DNA from: Azolla caroliniana
Taxonomy: Eukaryota; Plantae; Polypodiophyta
Assembly (NCBI GenBank): GCA_043228905.1
Contig: JBHGNT010000022.1
Location: 10,168,001-10,232,000, forward strand
Length of the DNA stretch: 64,000 nucleotides
Direction: 5' to 3'
Shown piece after piece: positions 1 through 13,271 of the stretch. The stretch's first letter is position 1; each line of letters begins with the position of its first letter. The notes under the pieces are model-generated. The model searched no databases. It had not been told where the DNA came from and saw only the letters and a program-made list of their open reading frames with translations. Both the position numbers and the translations under genes were made by a program.

Positions 1-277
1 GCATCGCTATAAATATGAGGCCTAGCTACCCTCATTTCATTATCTTTTGACTACGTCGAGACTCTGACGTTGTGGTGGGTCATCTCTTGTAGCGAGCGCA
101 ACAACACTAGGTACAACTCGATGCCACGACGGTGGTATGGAACGCCGATCGAGGCTCGAGTCTATCTCGATCCCTTCTCTCGGGGGTGGATCGGCACCCA
201 TCTTTCTCTCTCTTCTTTCTTATGTTTATCTATATTTTATCTTTATCATATGCTTACGTTAGACCATAACTCTAACA
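1..277. mobile_element. Probable tail of an LTR inserted into a copia integrase
   Basis: TATAAAT near the window start and a ...TAACA end at 277, immediately before copia integrase codons (ELVHMDV) resume; the other end is outside the window. Confidence 0.4.
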
Positions 278-1648
278 GAACTCGTGCATATGGACGTATT
301 CTATGTGGGCACGAAGTCGCTTGGTGGTTCACAGTATTTCGTGACCTTCATTGATGACTGTAGCAGGAAGTTGTTGGCTTCCGTGCTTAAGACTAAGGAT
401 CAAGTGTTAACCGTCTTCAAAGAGTTCCAAGCGAGGGCCGAGAGAGAAACCGGCCGAAAACAGAAGGCAATTCGAGTGGACAATGGCGGAGAGTACCATA
501 GACCGTTCGAAGAATATTGCCGAAATCAAGGAATCCGCCTTAAGTATACTGTGCCGAAGACGCCAGAGCTTAATAGGTTGGCCGAGAGAATGAACTGGAC
601 CGTAATGGAAAGGGTCTGAAATATTCTTGCACATGCTAAGTTACCGAAGAGGTTATGGGCTAAGGTGCTGATGACGAGATTGTACGTGATAAACCAATCA
701 CCCTCAGTACCCTTGGACGGTGATATTCCACAAAGGGGATGGAGTAGCAATGACGTATCGTACCGACATTTGAGGGTGTTCGGTTGTCTTGCTTATGTGC
801 ATGTTACAAAGGACTAGAGGGGGAAGTTGGACCCGAAATCTCGGCTATGCATATTTCTCGGCTACGGAAATGATGAATTTGGCTATTGGCTATGGGACGT
901 AGCCGAGAAGAAGTGATTAGGAGCTGCGACATTGTCTTCATGGAGGAAAAGAAAATAGTTGACTGGGAGATTGAGAATAATTCTTCAACTACCAAATCAA
1001 ACCGAGTCGATGCTAAGTCAAATTGAGAACCGAATGAAGAGTGAGGGGAAACGTCCGAACAAGGAACTAAATTCGAATCGGCTGAAGTAGTCGAAGAAGA
1101 ACCTACCGTGCCGAATGGAGACTGTAGATGCCCCCTAAGAGAAAGGAGAGCTCCCTTAAGTTTTCCGGATGAAGGGCGTGTACTGCTAACCGATGAGGGG
1201 GAGCTGGAAAGCTTTGAAGAAGCGAAGAAAGATACCCACAACCGAAAGTGGTTGAGTGCCATGCAAGAGGAGATGGATTCTTTGCATGAGAACCACACAT
1301 ATGAACTGACCGAACTGCTGAGAGGAAAGAAGGCACTTCGGAATAAATGGGTATACAAGTTGAAACCGGGAGATAGCGAGAATCCGCCCAAGTACAAAGC
1401 ACAAATCATTGTGAAAGCTTTTTAGTGGAAGAAGGGTGTCGATTATATTTTCCTTGGTCGTAAAGATGATCTTAATTCAAACCATGCTGAGCATCGTGGC
1501 CAGCATGGCTCTCGAAGTCCAGCAATTGGATGTCAAGACAATGTTTCTGCACGGTGATCTCCAAGAGGAGATCTATATGCACCAATCGAAAGGATTTGTA
1601 GAGAAAGGTAGAGAGAAAGGTAAAGAGAACTTGGTAAAGAGAACCTGG
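278..1648 (+). pseudogene. Degenerate Ty1/copia pol fragment (integrase and start of RT)
   Basis: YFVTFIDD, RVDNGGEY, TPELNRLAERMN, WLSAMQEEMDSL, QLDVKTMFLHG across broken frames with several stops. Confidence 0.93.
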
Positions 1649-2178
1649 TGAGTATCTCGGCCGAGGCTGAAACCAAAACCTAAACCTAAACCAAAACCGA
1701 AATCGGATACTGAAATCAAAATCAAAATCGTTTCGGAAGACTATATTTGTAAATAGTCTAAAATGCCTCCTAGGGGCTATACTTCTAAATAGTTAGAAAG
1801 TTGCTTTGGTTTATAAGCAACTAGGGCAAACTTTATGTTAGCAGTTAGTTGATAATTATTGTAAAGCTAGAACGAGGTAGTTGCCTCTCAAACCGTGAGT
1901 GAGAGAGTGAGAGTGTAACTCTGTAGCCGTTTCTCAGACGACGGAGAACTCGAGGTCGTTGCCTTTGAGTTCTGTATCTGTACTTCCTCTCTACTATGGT
2001 GATCTATTTTCTCGGGTTTTGTGGACCCCCGTGGTTTTTCCCATTTCGGGTTTTCCATGTAAAACATCGGTGTCTTAGTGTCTTCAAGTTTTTGTGTCTC
2101 TGTACTAGTATTTGGTTTCTGCACGTGAAATCGGTTGTGGTTGGTCGATTATGAACCCTTTGTTGGTGTTGGTTGACA
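1649..2178 (+). mobile_element. Copia LTR (5'-truncated 3' LTR; RT/RNase H deleted upstream)
   Basis: Shares CTATATTTGTAAATAG, CCCGTGGTTTTTCCC..GGGTTTTCCA and GGTTGTGG motifs with the copia LTRs at 34139, 53378 and 62344; ends ...TGACA. Confidence 0.7.
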
Positions 2179-2372
2179 AAGGCTTTCTACTGATCCTAGG
2201 CTTGCTCCAAGTGGCTCAAGCTGGTGATCATGGCCTCCCCGAGCTCGAGAAGTTGCTCTAAACATTTCAGTTCGACTTCGACGTCTGGTAAGTGTTCGGT
2301 TCTCTGGACTCCTAAGCTTGGAACCTGAAATTCCACCGGCATCGGTGCTTCCAAACTGAATGCTAATCGAAA
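2179..2372 (-). pseudogene. Ty3/gypsy integrase fragment
   Basis: FRLAFSLEAPMPVEFQVPSL, homologous to FRLAFGLEAVMLVEFQVPSL at ~46060. Confidence 0.85.
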
Positions 2373-3100
2373 TGTTACCGTACGGGACATATGGGGGATG
2401 TAGAGTGTGATGAGTGAGGGTCGAATGCTATAATGTTGTTAATGTGTATGTGTAAGTTTAATTGTGAGTGTGAGTCGATGTGTATGTGTACACATGCACA
2501 CATGTGTGCATGTGGACAGATACAAGGAGGTGTAAGTGAGTGATTAGTCTTCTCGTTCGTTCGGCGCCTGGGTCATTTGTCAGTCTAGTCATCCATGCCT
2601 CGATGTTCACTCCGCTCAATAGGAATTGGGGTCACCGAAACTGTGTTGGTTGGAGGCCGGAGTATGAAAGACAAGTGGGGGACGAGTCAGAAGTGGAAAG
2701 TATTAGTTATTAATCAGCTTGAATTAAAATAGGAATGGACGGATCTAAAAGAGTTGCAACAATCCGGATCCGCACCGATCCGTAGCCGGTTGCCGGTATG
2801 GCACCATTTTGTAATCAGAACCGGATGCCTATAAAAGGATCCGAAGAATGATGTATTAAGTGTGGGGGAATGAATATGAGTAGAATTGTCTTTGAGAGTA
2901 TTGTGTACCTTCTGTTTTATCTTTCGTATGGCATCAATCTGTGTATGTGGTTAATCCGGAACCGAACCAAAAATTGTCGGATATAATTATAATTCTTCTG
3001 AAAGCATAAACCCCGTAACCACCCTTTGGTGAAGTGATCTGAAAGGACACCTGTGTTAGTGGCTAGTTCGGCCCAGGATTGACACAGTTTTGGCGACCAC
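2373..3100 (+). mobile_element. Ty3/gypsy LTR (related to the 40398 LTR) with tRNA-Arg-type PBS at 3091-3100
   Basis: TGTTACCG...TTGACA (2373-3084); 3' half aligns to 40398-40831 (CCGTAAC..CCCTTTGGTGAAGTG); followed by TGGCGACCAC. Confidence 0.8.
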
Positions 3101-4816
3101 TAAAGTGACCCCCCCTTGGAGATGAAGTCGAAGACTAATACACGGAAAGACATGGCAACGACAAATTGTGAGAGAATGGTGGCCATCATGTGCGAGAAAT
3201 CAAATGGACGATGTGCGGGAAATGGTGATGGTTATTAGAAGCCTCGAGGTCCAGGAATGCAACACGGTGATGTTGTGTGAGAGGACGTCGCACAAGGATA
3301 CGCAACAGACTTATGTGCAAGTGTGCGGTTAGCGACAATGTGTGTGTGCAGGAAAGCGTGGTGCGAGAGACAACCAAAAAGACAAAGATGAAAAATGACA
3401 TGGGTAGACGAACAACGACGGAGAAGGGACTGACAAAGAAATTTCAGATACAAGTAGCATAGAGAACTGGTGCCAGCACGACCGGAAAGAGAAGTCCACT
3501 AGGAGATTGCAGAGGAAGAAGCATTGTGTGGAGCGGATGTTGGCAATAAGTTTTGGGAATGCACAGGAGATGGTTCTAGAAGAAGTCGCAAGGAGACAAC
3601 CGGAAACAGAACCAGATTTCGTTAACATAGAAGGGCCAAAGTAGACAGAGAAGCAGACGTTGACACAAACCAAACATCGACAGCCAAAAAAGTAGACAAC
3701 GCCGGAAAGACACTATCGAACGCACCAGGCATGGACGACTGCAAAGACACTACTGAAACGGACTGTAAGGATATGGTGGAACAAGAAAAATAAAAGGAAC
3801 AACCAGACCGGAACAAGGCAACTACACAGGCATAGATAGAGATGAACGAATGGGCCAAAGGAACGCGAACCGGCTAAAACGATGCCGTACAAGGAAACGA
3901 TGAAGCAAAGAGGAAAGAGAAGTCACGGTAGCATAATAGAGAAAAAGAAGCAGACAAAGACTTGGGCCATTGCGTCCGAGAACCGATGTAAGACCCAAGA
4001 GACATGAGGTGATGGTGAAGAACCGAAGGTCGAAACTAATATATGTGGCGAAGAGAGAAGCATAATAAAGGATTGCTCAATAAAAAGGATTGATGGGTAC
4101 GAGGCTCGTGAGTTTGAAGGAATAGCTATGGAAAATGACGTCAAGACGAAGATGGTGAATGGCCATGAAGAGCCTTTGCCCGCAATAGTTCTAGAGACTT
4201 GGGCATTAACCGATGTAAGACTTAAGAGACGGAAGCTGGCGGCGAGGAAGCAAAGGTCAATGCTGATTCGAGCAATTTAAGATGGAAATGGCTAAGTGCA
4301 GCACGAAAAAGGCGAACGATGGAAATGTATGGGTCCCTCCACACTCGTTCTAGGGACTTGGGCATTAACCGATGTAAGACCCAAGAGAAGGATAGTGATG
4401 GGGAAGAAGCAAGGGTTAAAGCTAATATGTGCAACAAAGAGTTTGAGCAAAATATGACAAGGGATGGCGATGGCCAAGCAAGCCATGAGGATCCGAAGGA
4501 TGTGATCAAAACATCTATCAAATACACTACTGCGAACGAGTCAAAGTGCCTTGAGCTAGGAGACGATCGAGTCAAAGGTGGAACATTCATGAGACTTAAA
4601 CGATTATCCTCAAGAAGAGAGCAAGGGGCCATGACAAGAAGTCATGGTAAAGCAAAGAAAAAACGAATGATATGGTGGATTGGGTCGCAACAATGATTCG
4701 GGTACAAAGAAATAGACATGATCGATGTTGAGGATTCATGTTGATCACCATTGCCGAAATCTCACATTCTCTCTGCTTGGCACGTACCGGAGGACGTGCG
4801 GTTTGCTGGGGGTGGA
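3101..4816 (+). mobile_element. Degenerate purine-rich internal region of a non-autonomous LTR element
   Basis: 3' part resembles the end of the tandem element internal region (TTGATCAC..TTGCC..ATCTCAC..GGCAC.TACCGGAGGA.GTGCG) and ends in the same PPT GGGGGTGGA; no pol motifs. Confidence 0.65.
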
Positions 4817-6010
4817 TGTCGTGAAGATTTTCGGCAATGGTGTGAAAATCACATAAAACGTACCAAATCAAGTGTGATTCATATAAAACAATAATAGTGA
4901 ATATATTAATTTTAAGTAAGTTTAATATCTTAGTACAAAAAGATGGAGGTCTTGAAGAGCTTTTGGATGCACTTTACTACATAAGAAACGGGCATCTAAG
5001 GGTCAACTTATGTGGGTAGGAAGTTTGCAAAGACAAAGAGAAAAAATAAAATTGTGAGATATCACACATAGATAGGAAATAAGGATCTCACCATATATAA
5101 GGTAAAACAAAAGCTATTATCTTTGTGTCTATGCGTGGAGCATAGAGAGTTCAAGTTGACTTGAACTAAGCTATTGGATGAATGGGTGTGACCTGGCTAC
5201 TTGCAAAGGTTTTGACCAACCAAAACCGGACCGGCGACGGAGCCGGTGAGCCGGCAGTAACATGCAACTGGAACCGGGATCCGGCGTCCGGCGACAAAAC
5301 CGGATGGTAACCAACATCCGGCGTCTGGTGACGGAACCGGCATTCAGCGACTGGCGACTGGACTGTAACCAACATCCGGCAACCGAACCGAGATCCAGCG
5401 AGCGGACGGTAACCGACATCCGGCGACAGAACCGGGATCCGGCCACCGGCGGCTAGATGGATAAATAAATAAATAAATATTTATACATATACACAAGGAG
5501 GGAAAGTAAAGATTTGAACCTTACACCTCCAAGTTGAGAGTCAATAGGCTTACCACTAAGCCAACACATTTTCTTGGAATTATATTTTTATCATTGTAAC
5601 TTTACATGTAAATTCTCATACATGAGAGCTAAAATGAGTGACATGGTTATCATGCACCACATGTAATACATGAGCGCCAAATGGCAAACATGCATTTTAT
5701 GCATGTCTTGTACCCTCAAATGCATGAGGGCATCTATAAAAGAGGGGAGGAAAAAGATGAAAGGAGGAATGTAAAATTTTTGGATGATCAAATAAGAAAC
5801 TTGTAAACCTATAGTTGATGTATCTTCTCTCTCAAATCTAAAATCAAGAGTTAAATATTTATTTCAGTATCTCTCTCTCGCCATATCAATCTCTCTCAAT
5901 TTATCTTAAATACTTTCTCGCTTAAACTAGCGTAAACTTTGAATCCTTCCGGTCCAGAACCCCGGCGGTTCCGCCTCACGATCCGCGCTTAGTGACGGAT
6001 CTTCACAACA
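4817..6010 (+). mobile_element. LTR of the TGTCGT family (1.19 kb) with CCGG-rich degenerate repeats at ~5220-5455
   Basis: Termini TGTCGTGAAG / CTTCACAACA (imperfect inverted repeat); preceded by a PPT; 3' end GTCCAGAACCCCGGCGGT matches other family LTRs. Confidence 0.8.
5505..5570 (-). promoter_or_regulatory. tRNA-like Pol III A/B-box cassette in LTR
   Basis: Minus strand TGGCTTAGTGGTAAGC (D-stem GCTT/AAGC) ... GGTTCAAATC at tRNA spacing. Confidence 0.65.
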
Positions 6011-6493
6011 ACACACACATGCACATGACTAATATGCACTATGGCTTCTTGAAAAATCCACACAAATAGAGGTATTAGCCAACCAATCCTAAAGTTAATC
6101 TAGGAAGACATGGTGGTGACGATGGGCCAATTTTGGTGGCTAAGGTGAAGCACTTTGATTGGTGACAAACCATGGTCCATGAGATACACACAAATATTTT
6201 TGCATGGTATGAAGATCAAAATAAAAGTAGAATTTTGGCCCAATCAAATTGGTGACAAACCATGCTCCATGAATATTTTTGACATCAAATTTGGACCCAA
6301 TCAAAGTAGAATGTTAAAATTGAGAATTGTAAAGATCCTAGAAGGTGTTATCAATTCCTATTGTATACATACAATTCAGATTTAGGCTTAAAATGCATGT
6401 CTTATGAATTTATAACAAAACATGTATATAAATCACCCTGGACTAGATTAACTAACGATGTTTATTGGTAGAGAATAAAGACATAGTCATTAC

Positions 6494-6741
6494 CATGATC
6501 TAGGTAATCTGTTTTAGTTGTATTTAGTTGTGTTGTCTTTTCATGACTTGTGGATAGTTGAGGAGTTTGTCGCCTCTTCCACATGCAAATGCATGTAGCT
6601 ATTATCAAAATAAGTTCAACTAAAACACCACACACTATACCAATTATCAAAGGTGTGTGATTTTTATTTATTGATGAAATTGGTGTAGAACTCGAGCAAC
6701 TACCATTGGTTGCAAGGCACAAAAAGTTGTTTCCTTCATAC
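6494..6741 (-). pseudogene. Juxtamembrane/transmembrane exon
   Basis: YEGNNFLC ... LIIGIVCGVLVELILIIATCICMW followed by KRR stop-transfer; AG acceptor and GT donor. Confidence 0.88.
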
Positions 6742-6879
6742 CTACAAATGATGATATTAATGCTTAAATACTTGTGAATCACAAACAATGTTTTCAATAA
6801 CACACTATATTTGTCACAACACAAATAATACTATGGTGTACTCAATTAGACAATTAGGAAAGTGAGTTACTTGACATAC

Positions 6880-7369
6880 TTGAATACAAGCCCTTCATTT
6901 TGTTGGAGTGTGGTTGGAATTGCTCCACTAAAGTTGTTGTGTGACAAATCACTAGAAATGAAAGGCAAGGAGAATGAAACAACATAAGTAACAACCATAC
7001 GAAGTGTTTGTGATTTTAGGAAAACAATGATTCTTACAAATATTTCAACTTTGTCAATTTCCCAAGTGAAGTAGGGATTGGTCCACTCAATTTATTATTG
7101 CTCATATTCCTGCACAGTTGAGACATTTCAACCAAATGTATTCATGGATCAGATACACATATGTTGTTAAATACAAGAATACAACAATTGCCAATAGGTT
7201 TTTATATTAAGACACACTTAATGAGGTACAATTCAACATTTATACACATCCGTATATATTTGTGGGATGTAGTAAGTTAGTATTAGTAAAGAACACTTAC
7301 AACACTTCAAGGGATAGCAAATTGCTCAAATTAGGGATTGGTCCTTCCAAAGCATTCCCATCTAGAAGT
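6880..7369 (-). pseudogene. Three single-LRR exons (69, 72 and 72 bp)
   Basis: LLDGNALEGPIPNLSNLLSLEVL; NMSNNKLSGPIPTSLGKLTKLKYL; DLSHNNFSGAIPTTL; canonical splice sites. Confidence 0.9.
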
Positions 7370-7656
7370 CTACATGACAAGGTTGTTGATCATAATTTTT
7401 GCATGATTTATAATTTATTTCAAAATTCTTATATGTAGGTATATGTGTAAGAGCTTTATCTTACATTTGAACAAGTTCATTAAGATTGTCAATGCACGAG
7501 GGGAAACCCCCTGTTAGGTTGTAATTAGATAAGGATCTATGATAAAGGAATCTACAATATTGAACCATATTATTTTGATTAGTCTGAATCATAGATTGAC
7601 AAATTCATATTCGTGGGGGTTACTAAACGAATGCATACGAATACGCATAAGAATGC

Positions 7657-10045
7657 ATGGCTCTATCCTTATTTCTATTATACGCCGAAGCACTCTCTAG
7701 CTTTCTCAACTCACGACATCTAAGCCTACATGGTCTTCGTGTGCCGCATTCTCACCAAAGTGTCCTAGATATAGAATTTGTAGATGACACCGCGGTCTAC
7801 TTGCAAGGCGACTTGGAAAATGTACAAAAGCTAGAAAGTGGTTTAGACATATTTTGTAAGAGATCCAATGCCATGATCAATTGGCACAAATCCTGTGCAA
7901 TATGGCTTTGTCATGAAGCACATCCTACGTGGCACCCAAATCCCGCTTTCAAGTGGCTCAATCAAGGAGCAAGCACCAAATATTTGGGTTTCCAAATTGG
8001 GTTCAACATACCTCCGGAGAGTATGATTACACCAGTTATTCACTCCATTCGACAAAAGTTAATACATTGGAGTTTGAAAAAACTCTCGCTAGCGGGGTGC
8101 ATCATAGTGGCAAACTAGGTATTACTCGCAATAGCATGGTACCACCTATCATGTTGGACAATATGTAAGGAAAGTATACACTAGATTCAGCGACTGGTAC
8201 GCAACTACTTTTGGTTTGGTAAGGAAGATCATACAACTTGGGGCAAGGTGGTGTGGCATATACTCACATCACCTAAGTCGAGAGGAGGATTGGGTCTTAT
8301 TCATCCCTTCTCACAATCAAAAGCCCTACTCCCCAAATTTGTGGTGCGAGGACTCCAACCAGGGAATGACTGTTGAAAAATGTTACTATGGCTACGCTTC
8401 CCTTACTTTAGGCCACGAAAAGGGACCAATTGGGTCCCCCAAACTGAGTGGATTCTAAACATGGATCTCAAACCTAGTTTCTCCCGCCAACTGGAGGATA
8501 GATTTAGTGCATCCATGTGGAAGGCGTGGTGTGACATTAGACGAGGACTCAAGTGCGATTAACCCAATTCCGAACTTGCTTGGCTCAGTCAACATATCCT
8601 ATGGAACCCATGAATTAGGAATGAATCTAATCAACTAATTGGATCAAGTAAGGCGCTTTCATGGGGATACATGTTGGAAGGTCCAGGAAAAATTATAGAA
8701 TATAAGAGACGGTTTATGTCATTGCCAATACAAGACTAAGCCAACATCCTCCATGGAATCAGGCACACAGGCTATGAGATCTAAAATCATTAATCCTCCA
8801 CTGATTAGGGAATTTGCTCATCAAAGGACGACAATGGAGAAATGGATAGGCTACAAGGAGGAGGGCTCTTTGAACCCAGGAGGTAGGGACACACCGGACA
8901 AGATCGAAGGCTTTGAATTGTAGGACAACAAGACATCAACACATCATAAGGCAATTCGAGTACTAGCATATACTAAGCATAAATGGATTGTAGATCCTGA
9001 TCCGATCAAAGTATAACCAGATTGGCACATATGTACTAATGAAAATACATGGCTATGTAAGTTCAATTGGGACCCTTTGCAATGGACATGGTATGATCCT
9101 TACGCGGGGCAAGGAAGCAAACCTGTCCCTTTCTTTCAATTCACAACTAGATTGTTCGCCATATTATAACCGCTCAATTCGCCGGACAGCCGGTTGCTGC
9201 AAAAGTCTGGCACACATATCATGTCCCTTATACAATTATCACCAAGTTTTGGCAGAAACTTTGGAAACAACAACACGCGAGGTGAATCACCACTTTCCAA
9301 TGGTTATTAATACATAAGTCACTACCGGTTGGTGCATGGCAGCGTGGGAACCTTAGCTCTCCTAATTGTATAGCGTGTCCATATAACACGCTCTATGGGA
9401 CTGCCTAGAGTCCCAACGAATATGGCGGGGGGTTGGCTGCTTATTGCATATATGATAGGTGCCAGGCTCAATCAAGTGGGGGAATGTATGTTGGCTATCA
9501 TGGCAGGCCCCAATTGACAGCTATGAGCATCAAGAAGAGGGGATGACTTTGGTTATAAAAGCACAAGAGATTTTTTTCTCCACCATCGGCAATATCCACT
9601 CAACTTCTATTAGTGCCAAATCTCAAGTTGTGTTAGACTTGGTTAGCCCAATAACTCTTTGGATTTTATGGAAATAGAAAATAAATAAAATATTTGTTTA
9701 AAAAAAAAGAAAAAGAAAATAAGAGTTCATACTTTTTAACTAGGAGGAAGTGGCCCGAGGTGGAACTACCAACCCCCACGTTGGCTGTTTCCGGCTCACT
9801 TACCACCCTCCCTCTGTTGTCGGCCCCAAGAGTTGTCTCGTACTAGTCATCAGTACATGGCATTGTTTTAGTTGTTGGTACTTACACTAAGTAGTCCGTC
9901 CGAAAGGCGTCGTAATTAGTCTCGATTTCTAGGACTTGAGCAGAGGGGGATTCCCCGTTCTATGCTTAGGCCTCCTTGTATAGTCTCTTTGTAATAATCT
10001 TACCTAACTAATGGGAAAGTAGCTTCATTTTGGAAAAAAAAGAAA
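7657..10045 (+). mobile_element. 5'-truncated degenerate L1-type LINE (RT C-terminal half, 3' region, A-rich tail) inside the RLK intron
   Basis: LFLLYAEALS, EFVDDT, INWHKS, KYLGFQIG, WSLKKLSLAG RT motifs; A-rich runs at ~9700 and ~10035. Confidence 0.8.
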
Positions 10046-10047
10046 CT

Positions 10048-10600
10048 TTCACATTAAAAAGGGGATATTTAACTTCACATTAAAAATGAGACTTACACTA
10101 AATAATATTTTTATATAATAGATGGAAAACTTAAAAGTATTTGTTTTATTTTTAATAAATAATAAATAGTAAATAAAAGGTTCATTAATTCGCCACTTTT
10201 TACTCTCCCACAAAAATTGATATTTTTATCTCACATTAAAAAGGGGACCTCACACTAATAATATTTTTATAATAGATTTAAAACTTAAATGTATTTGTTT
10301 TTTTTAATAAAACAAAATAAAAATAAAAATATGTAAATAAATAAAAGGTTCCCATATATTTTCATATTTTTATCTCACATTAAAAAGGGAGCCTCACACT
10401 AACAATATTCTTATAATTGATGAACAACTTAAAAGTATTTGTTTTATTTTTAATAAATAAATAAAAGGTTCATTAATTGCCCACATTTTACTCTCTTGAC
10501 ATTAAAAAGGGGACCTCATACTAATAATATTTTTATATAATAGATGTAAAAATATTTGTTTTTATAAATAATAAATAATAAATAAATAAACAAATGGTTC
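10048..10600. repeat. AT-rich degenerate tandem repeat (~120-155 bp unit, about 4 copies)
   Basis: Recurring CACATTAAAAAGGGGACCTCACACTAATAATATTTTT motif at ~10077, 10232, 10376 and 10499. Confidence 0.75.
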
Positions 10601-11534
10601 TATAATATTCTTGGGGTCATTTTATATTCTTGAATATTACGGATGTCGAATACCACAAATATCACACATGGGTCAATCCATGGTCTAAAATCAAATAAAA
10701 AGGCACTTTTGTGTCCACTTTGGCTTAAGATTTGCTTGTAGTATTCTTGGTTGTAAAAATTGTTTGGTTGGTTTTTATTTCACTTTTGAACCGTCCACAA
10801 GCAGTATGTAATAATATATAAATAGAAACATGCACAATGAATGCATTTGTATCACAATAATTTTCATGTTGCACTGAAAACCATAATCAAGTTGTTTAGG
10901 GTTTACTTCAACTACTGTATAAACAACTTCACAATATGACTTCTAATATACTTTTCTTCCTACGAATAGGAAATAAAGGTTTGTCCATCAAAATGTCTGT
11001 GATGCACTTACACTTGAATTTGTCAACCTAATTTGACTATTTAACAAATTCTAAGACAGTCACGATGAACTCAAAATAATTGTATAAGAATATGCATGAA
11101 TGCATTAGTATCATCATCTAAAATATGTTAGTGTATCACTATTAATGTGTACTCAAGTTATGAATCCAAAGTTATGATGTTACGAGAGAAATTATAAAGT
11201 CTTCTATCTTTTGGTTTTTATAGTTGAAAAGATGTTAGTTGACCAATTCATGCATATCATATAATTGTCTAAATTCAATTGCTCATCTTTATGTTTTACG
11301 ATGCATTACTTAATGATATGAGTTGATGGGGCTATTGTAAAATGATCTTGTTGTAACATGTTTCATGGGACAAATGAGATATGTTCACTGTATGTTGATT
11401 CCTTAATTTTGGATCACACTAGTTGTTTCAAAATATAGCATTAAACACTATGACAAATGAAACTTTGGCATTTGAAAACTTTAATATCACCTAAAAGCAA
11501 GGAAAATTGTTGCCTATAAAAAATATAACAAAAG

Positions 11535-11654
11535 TGTTACGGGTATGAACATATAATATCACGTGGTAAGATTGTACCGTAGTATTTTATACACATGGAT
11601 AGAATCCTACGGTCCAATCTTACCATGGGATATTATATGGTCATGCCCGTAACA
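11535..11654. mobile_element. 120-bp palindromic miniature element, TGT...ACA ends, 5-bp TSD AAAAG
   Basis: 56-bp arms are reverse complements with about 7 mismatches around an 8-nt loop; AAAAG at 11530-11534 and 11655-11659. Confidence 0.85.
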
Positions 11655-12440
11655 AAAAGACATGCTAATTTCTTATCAATTTGAAGGGTAATGGAGAAAA
11701 AACTTCATATAAAGTCAATTGATCTTCCACATTGGAACTTGGAAGCCCATATTAATAAAGAGAAACTATATCATATATAATGTTTTACCACTTTGGAGTG
11801 AATCTAGTGAAAGAAATGTTTTGCATTATATTTCTATTAAACAAAGCTACTTTTGGGCTCTTTTAGATGAACTTCAAATATAAGAGAGATGTAATTCAAC
11901 TTGTCCAACTAGAGAAAGGCTTGTTTAAGTGACAATGCCTTTTTGAATGACCTCATACCTTTCTAAATAGTCATGTTCGCAACATAAACGATGTCAAAAC
12001 ATCACACATATTGAAAATGTATGTTTTCATAAAGCTTTGCTTTGTTTTGATTCTTGACTCTCACAATACATCCAAAGCAAATAATGCCTTGAGTCTCTTG
12101 GGAAGCATCTTTTGCATTTGTTAAGAGAGGCCAAAATGGTAAAAGAGGCATCGGCATATCAGTGGATCCAGTTTGACGCGACGAGGGTGTAATATCCTCA
12201 AATTTGGACCCACCGTGGCATGAAACAATGGTGTGAACTATTGTTTGTCGCAATTGAAATCAATAAATTATTTCCTTTTATAATGCTACAAATTTATATA
12301 AGATTAATAGCTCTTGAAATATAATTTTTTAGTTCTACGACAATCAATGGTACCTAGAAAACTCTTCTTTTCGAAATTTTGAAGTAATAAATTCGAAATA
12401 TCTCAAACGTCGTCGAGATAGATTCTAAAATTGATTACGT

Positions 12441-13271
12441 TGTCGTGCCTTTCGGCGCCAAATCGTTGCGTGAGTCGGGTGGGAACCACTAGGGTTTTGG
12501 ACTAGGAGGAGGAAGAATTTGAGACGAGTCTAGTTATGAATAGATTATTAGAAAGAGAGATAGAAACTTGTGAATCCCACAAGTATAGTTGTTTAAGTTT
12601 ATCTTAAACGTAGTAATAAATTGAAATAGTTTAGAATAGATTAGAGTAGATTATGAAAAGAGATCAAAACTTGTGAATCCCACAAGTATTATATTAATCA
12701 ATATTTATGTAAGAATATGAATGTAGATTGAAAGAGAAGGATATAGAAACCTCGTGAATCCCACGAGTATAGTTTATTTCGTGAATCCCATGAATATAGT
12801 TTATTAATTGGTGTTTTTAGAAATTTATCCAATTTCCAAATATTCCATCCATTATTTATTTATTTATTTTTCTGCCCTTATTACATTGTGCTCCCCATCC
12901 TTATATAGTGATGAGAGAGTCTTTACAATCCATGTTTTTTCTCTAACTATAGACTCCATGCTTTCTTTGTCAATAGACTACATGCTTTCTCTAACATGCT
13001 TTTTCTAAAACTGATCATGCGTTTTTTTATTATCTAACTATAGCTTTTGTATCTAGAAAATATACGTGAAATAACCCTTCTACATGGGATATCTACTTTG
13101 TAACACTTATGATATGTTAGTGTAATGGTAAGGCTTTACATTATAAACATGGACGTACAAGGTTTGAATCTTGCCTTGTGCATGTAATATATATTTCTTT
13201 CTTTTTCTTCATATTTATTCAATCAGTTATTTTATACGTTTTTCACGTAGTGTACAAAATACACTACGACA
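12441..13271 (-). mobile_element. Solo LTR of the TGTCGT family, 4-bp TSD ACGT
   Basis: TGTCGT...ACGACA termini; ACGT on both flanks; minus-strand 3' end AGTCCAAAACCCTAGTGG resembles the LTR ends at 6010 and 21541; internal GTGAATCCCA repeats. Confidence 0.85.
13112..13176 (+). promoter_or_regulatory. tRNA-like Pol III A/B-box cassette in solo LTR
   Basis: TAGTGTAATGGTAAGG ... CAAGGTTTGAATCTTG (T-arm-like stem; B box has a C>T change). Confidence 0.55.

Noticed and set aside
6436-6452. Possible 15-nt micro-exon of the RLK downstream of the TM exon
   Set aside because: AG/GT context exists but it is too short to support without transcripts
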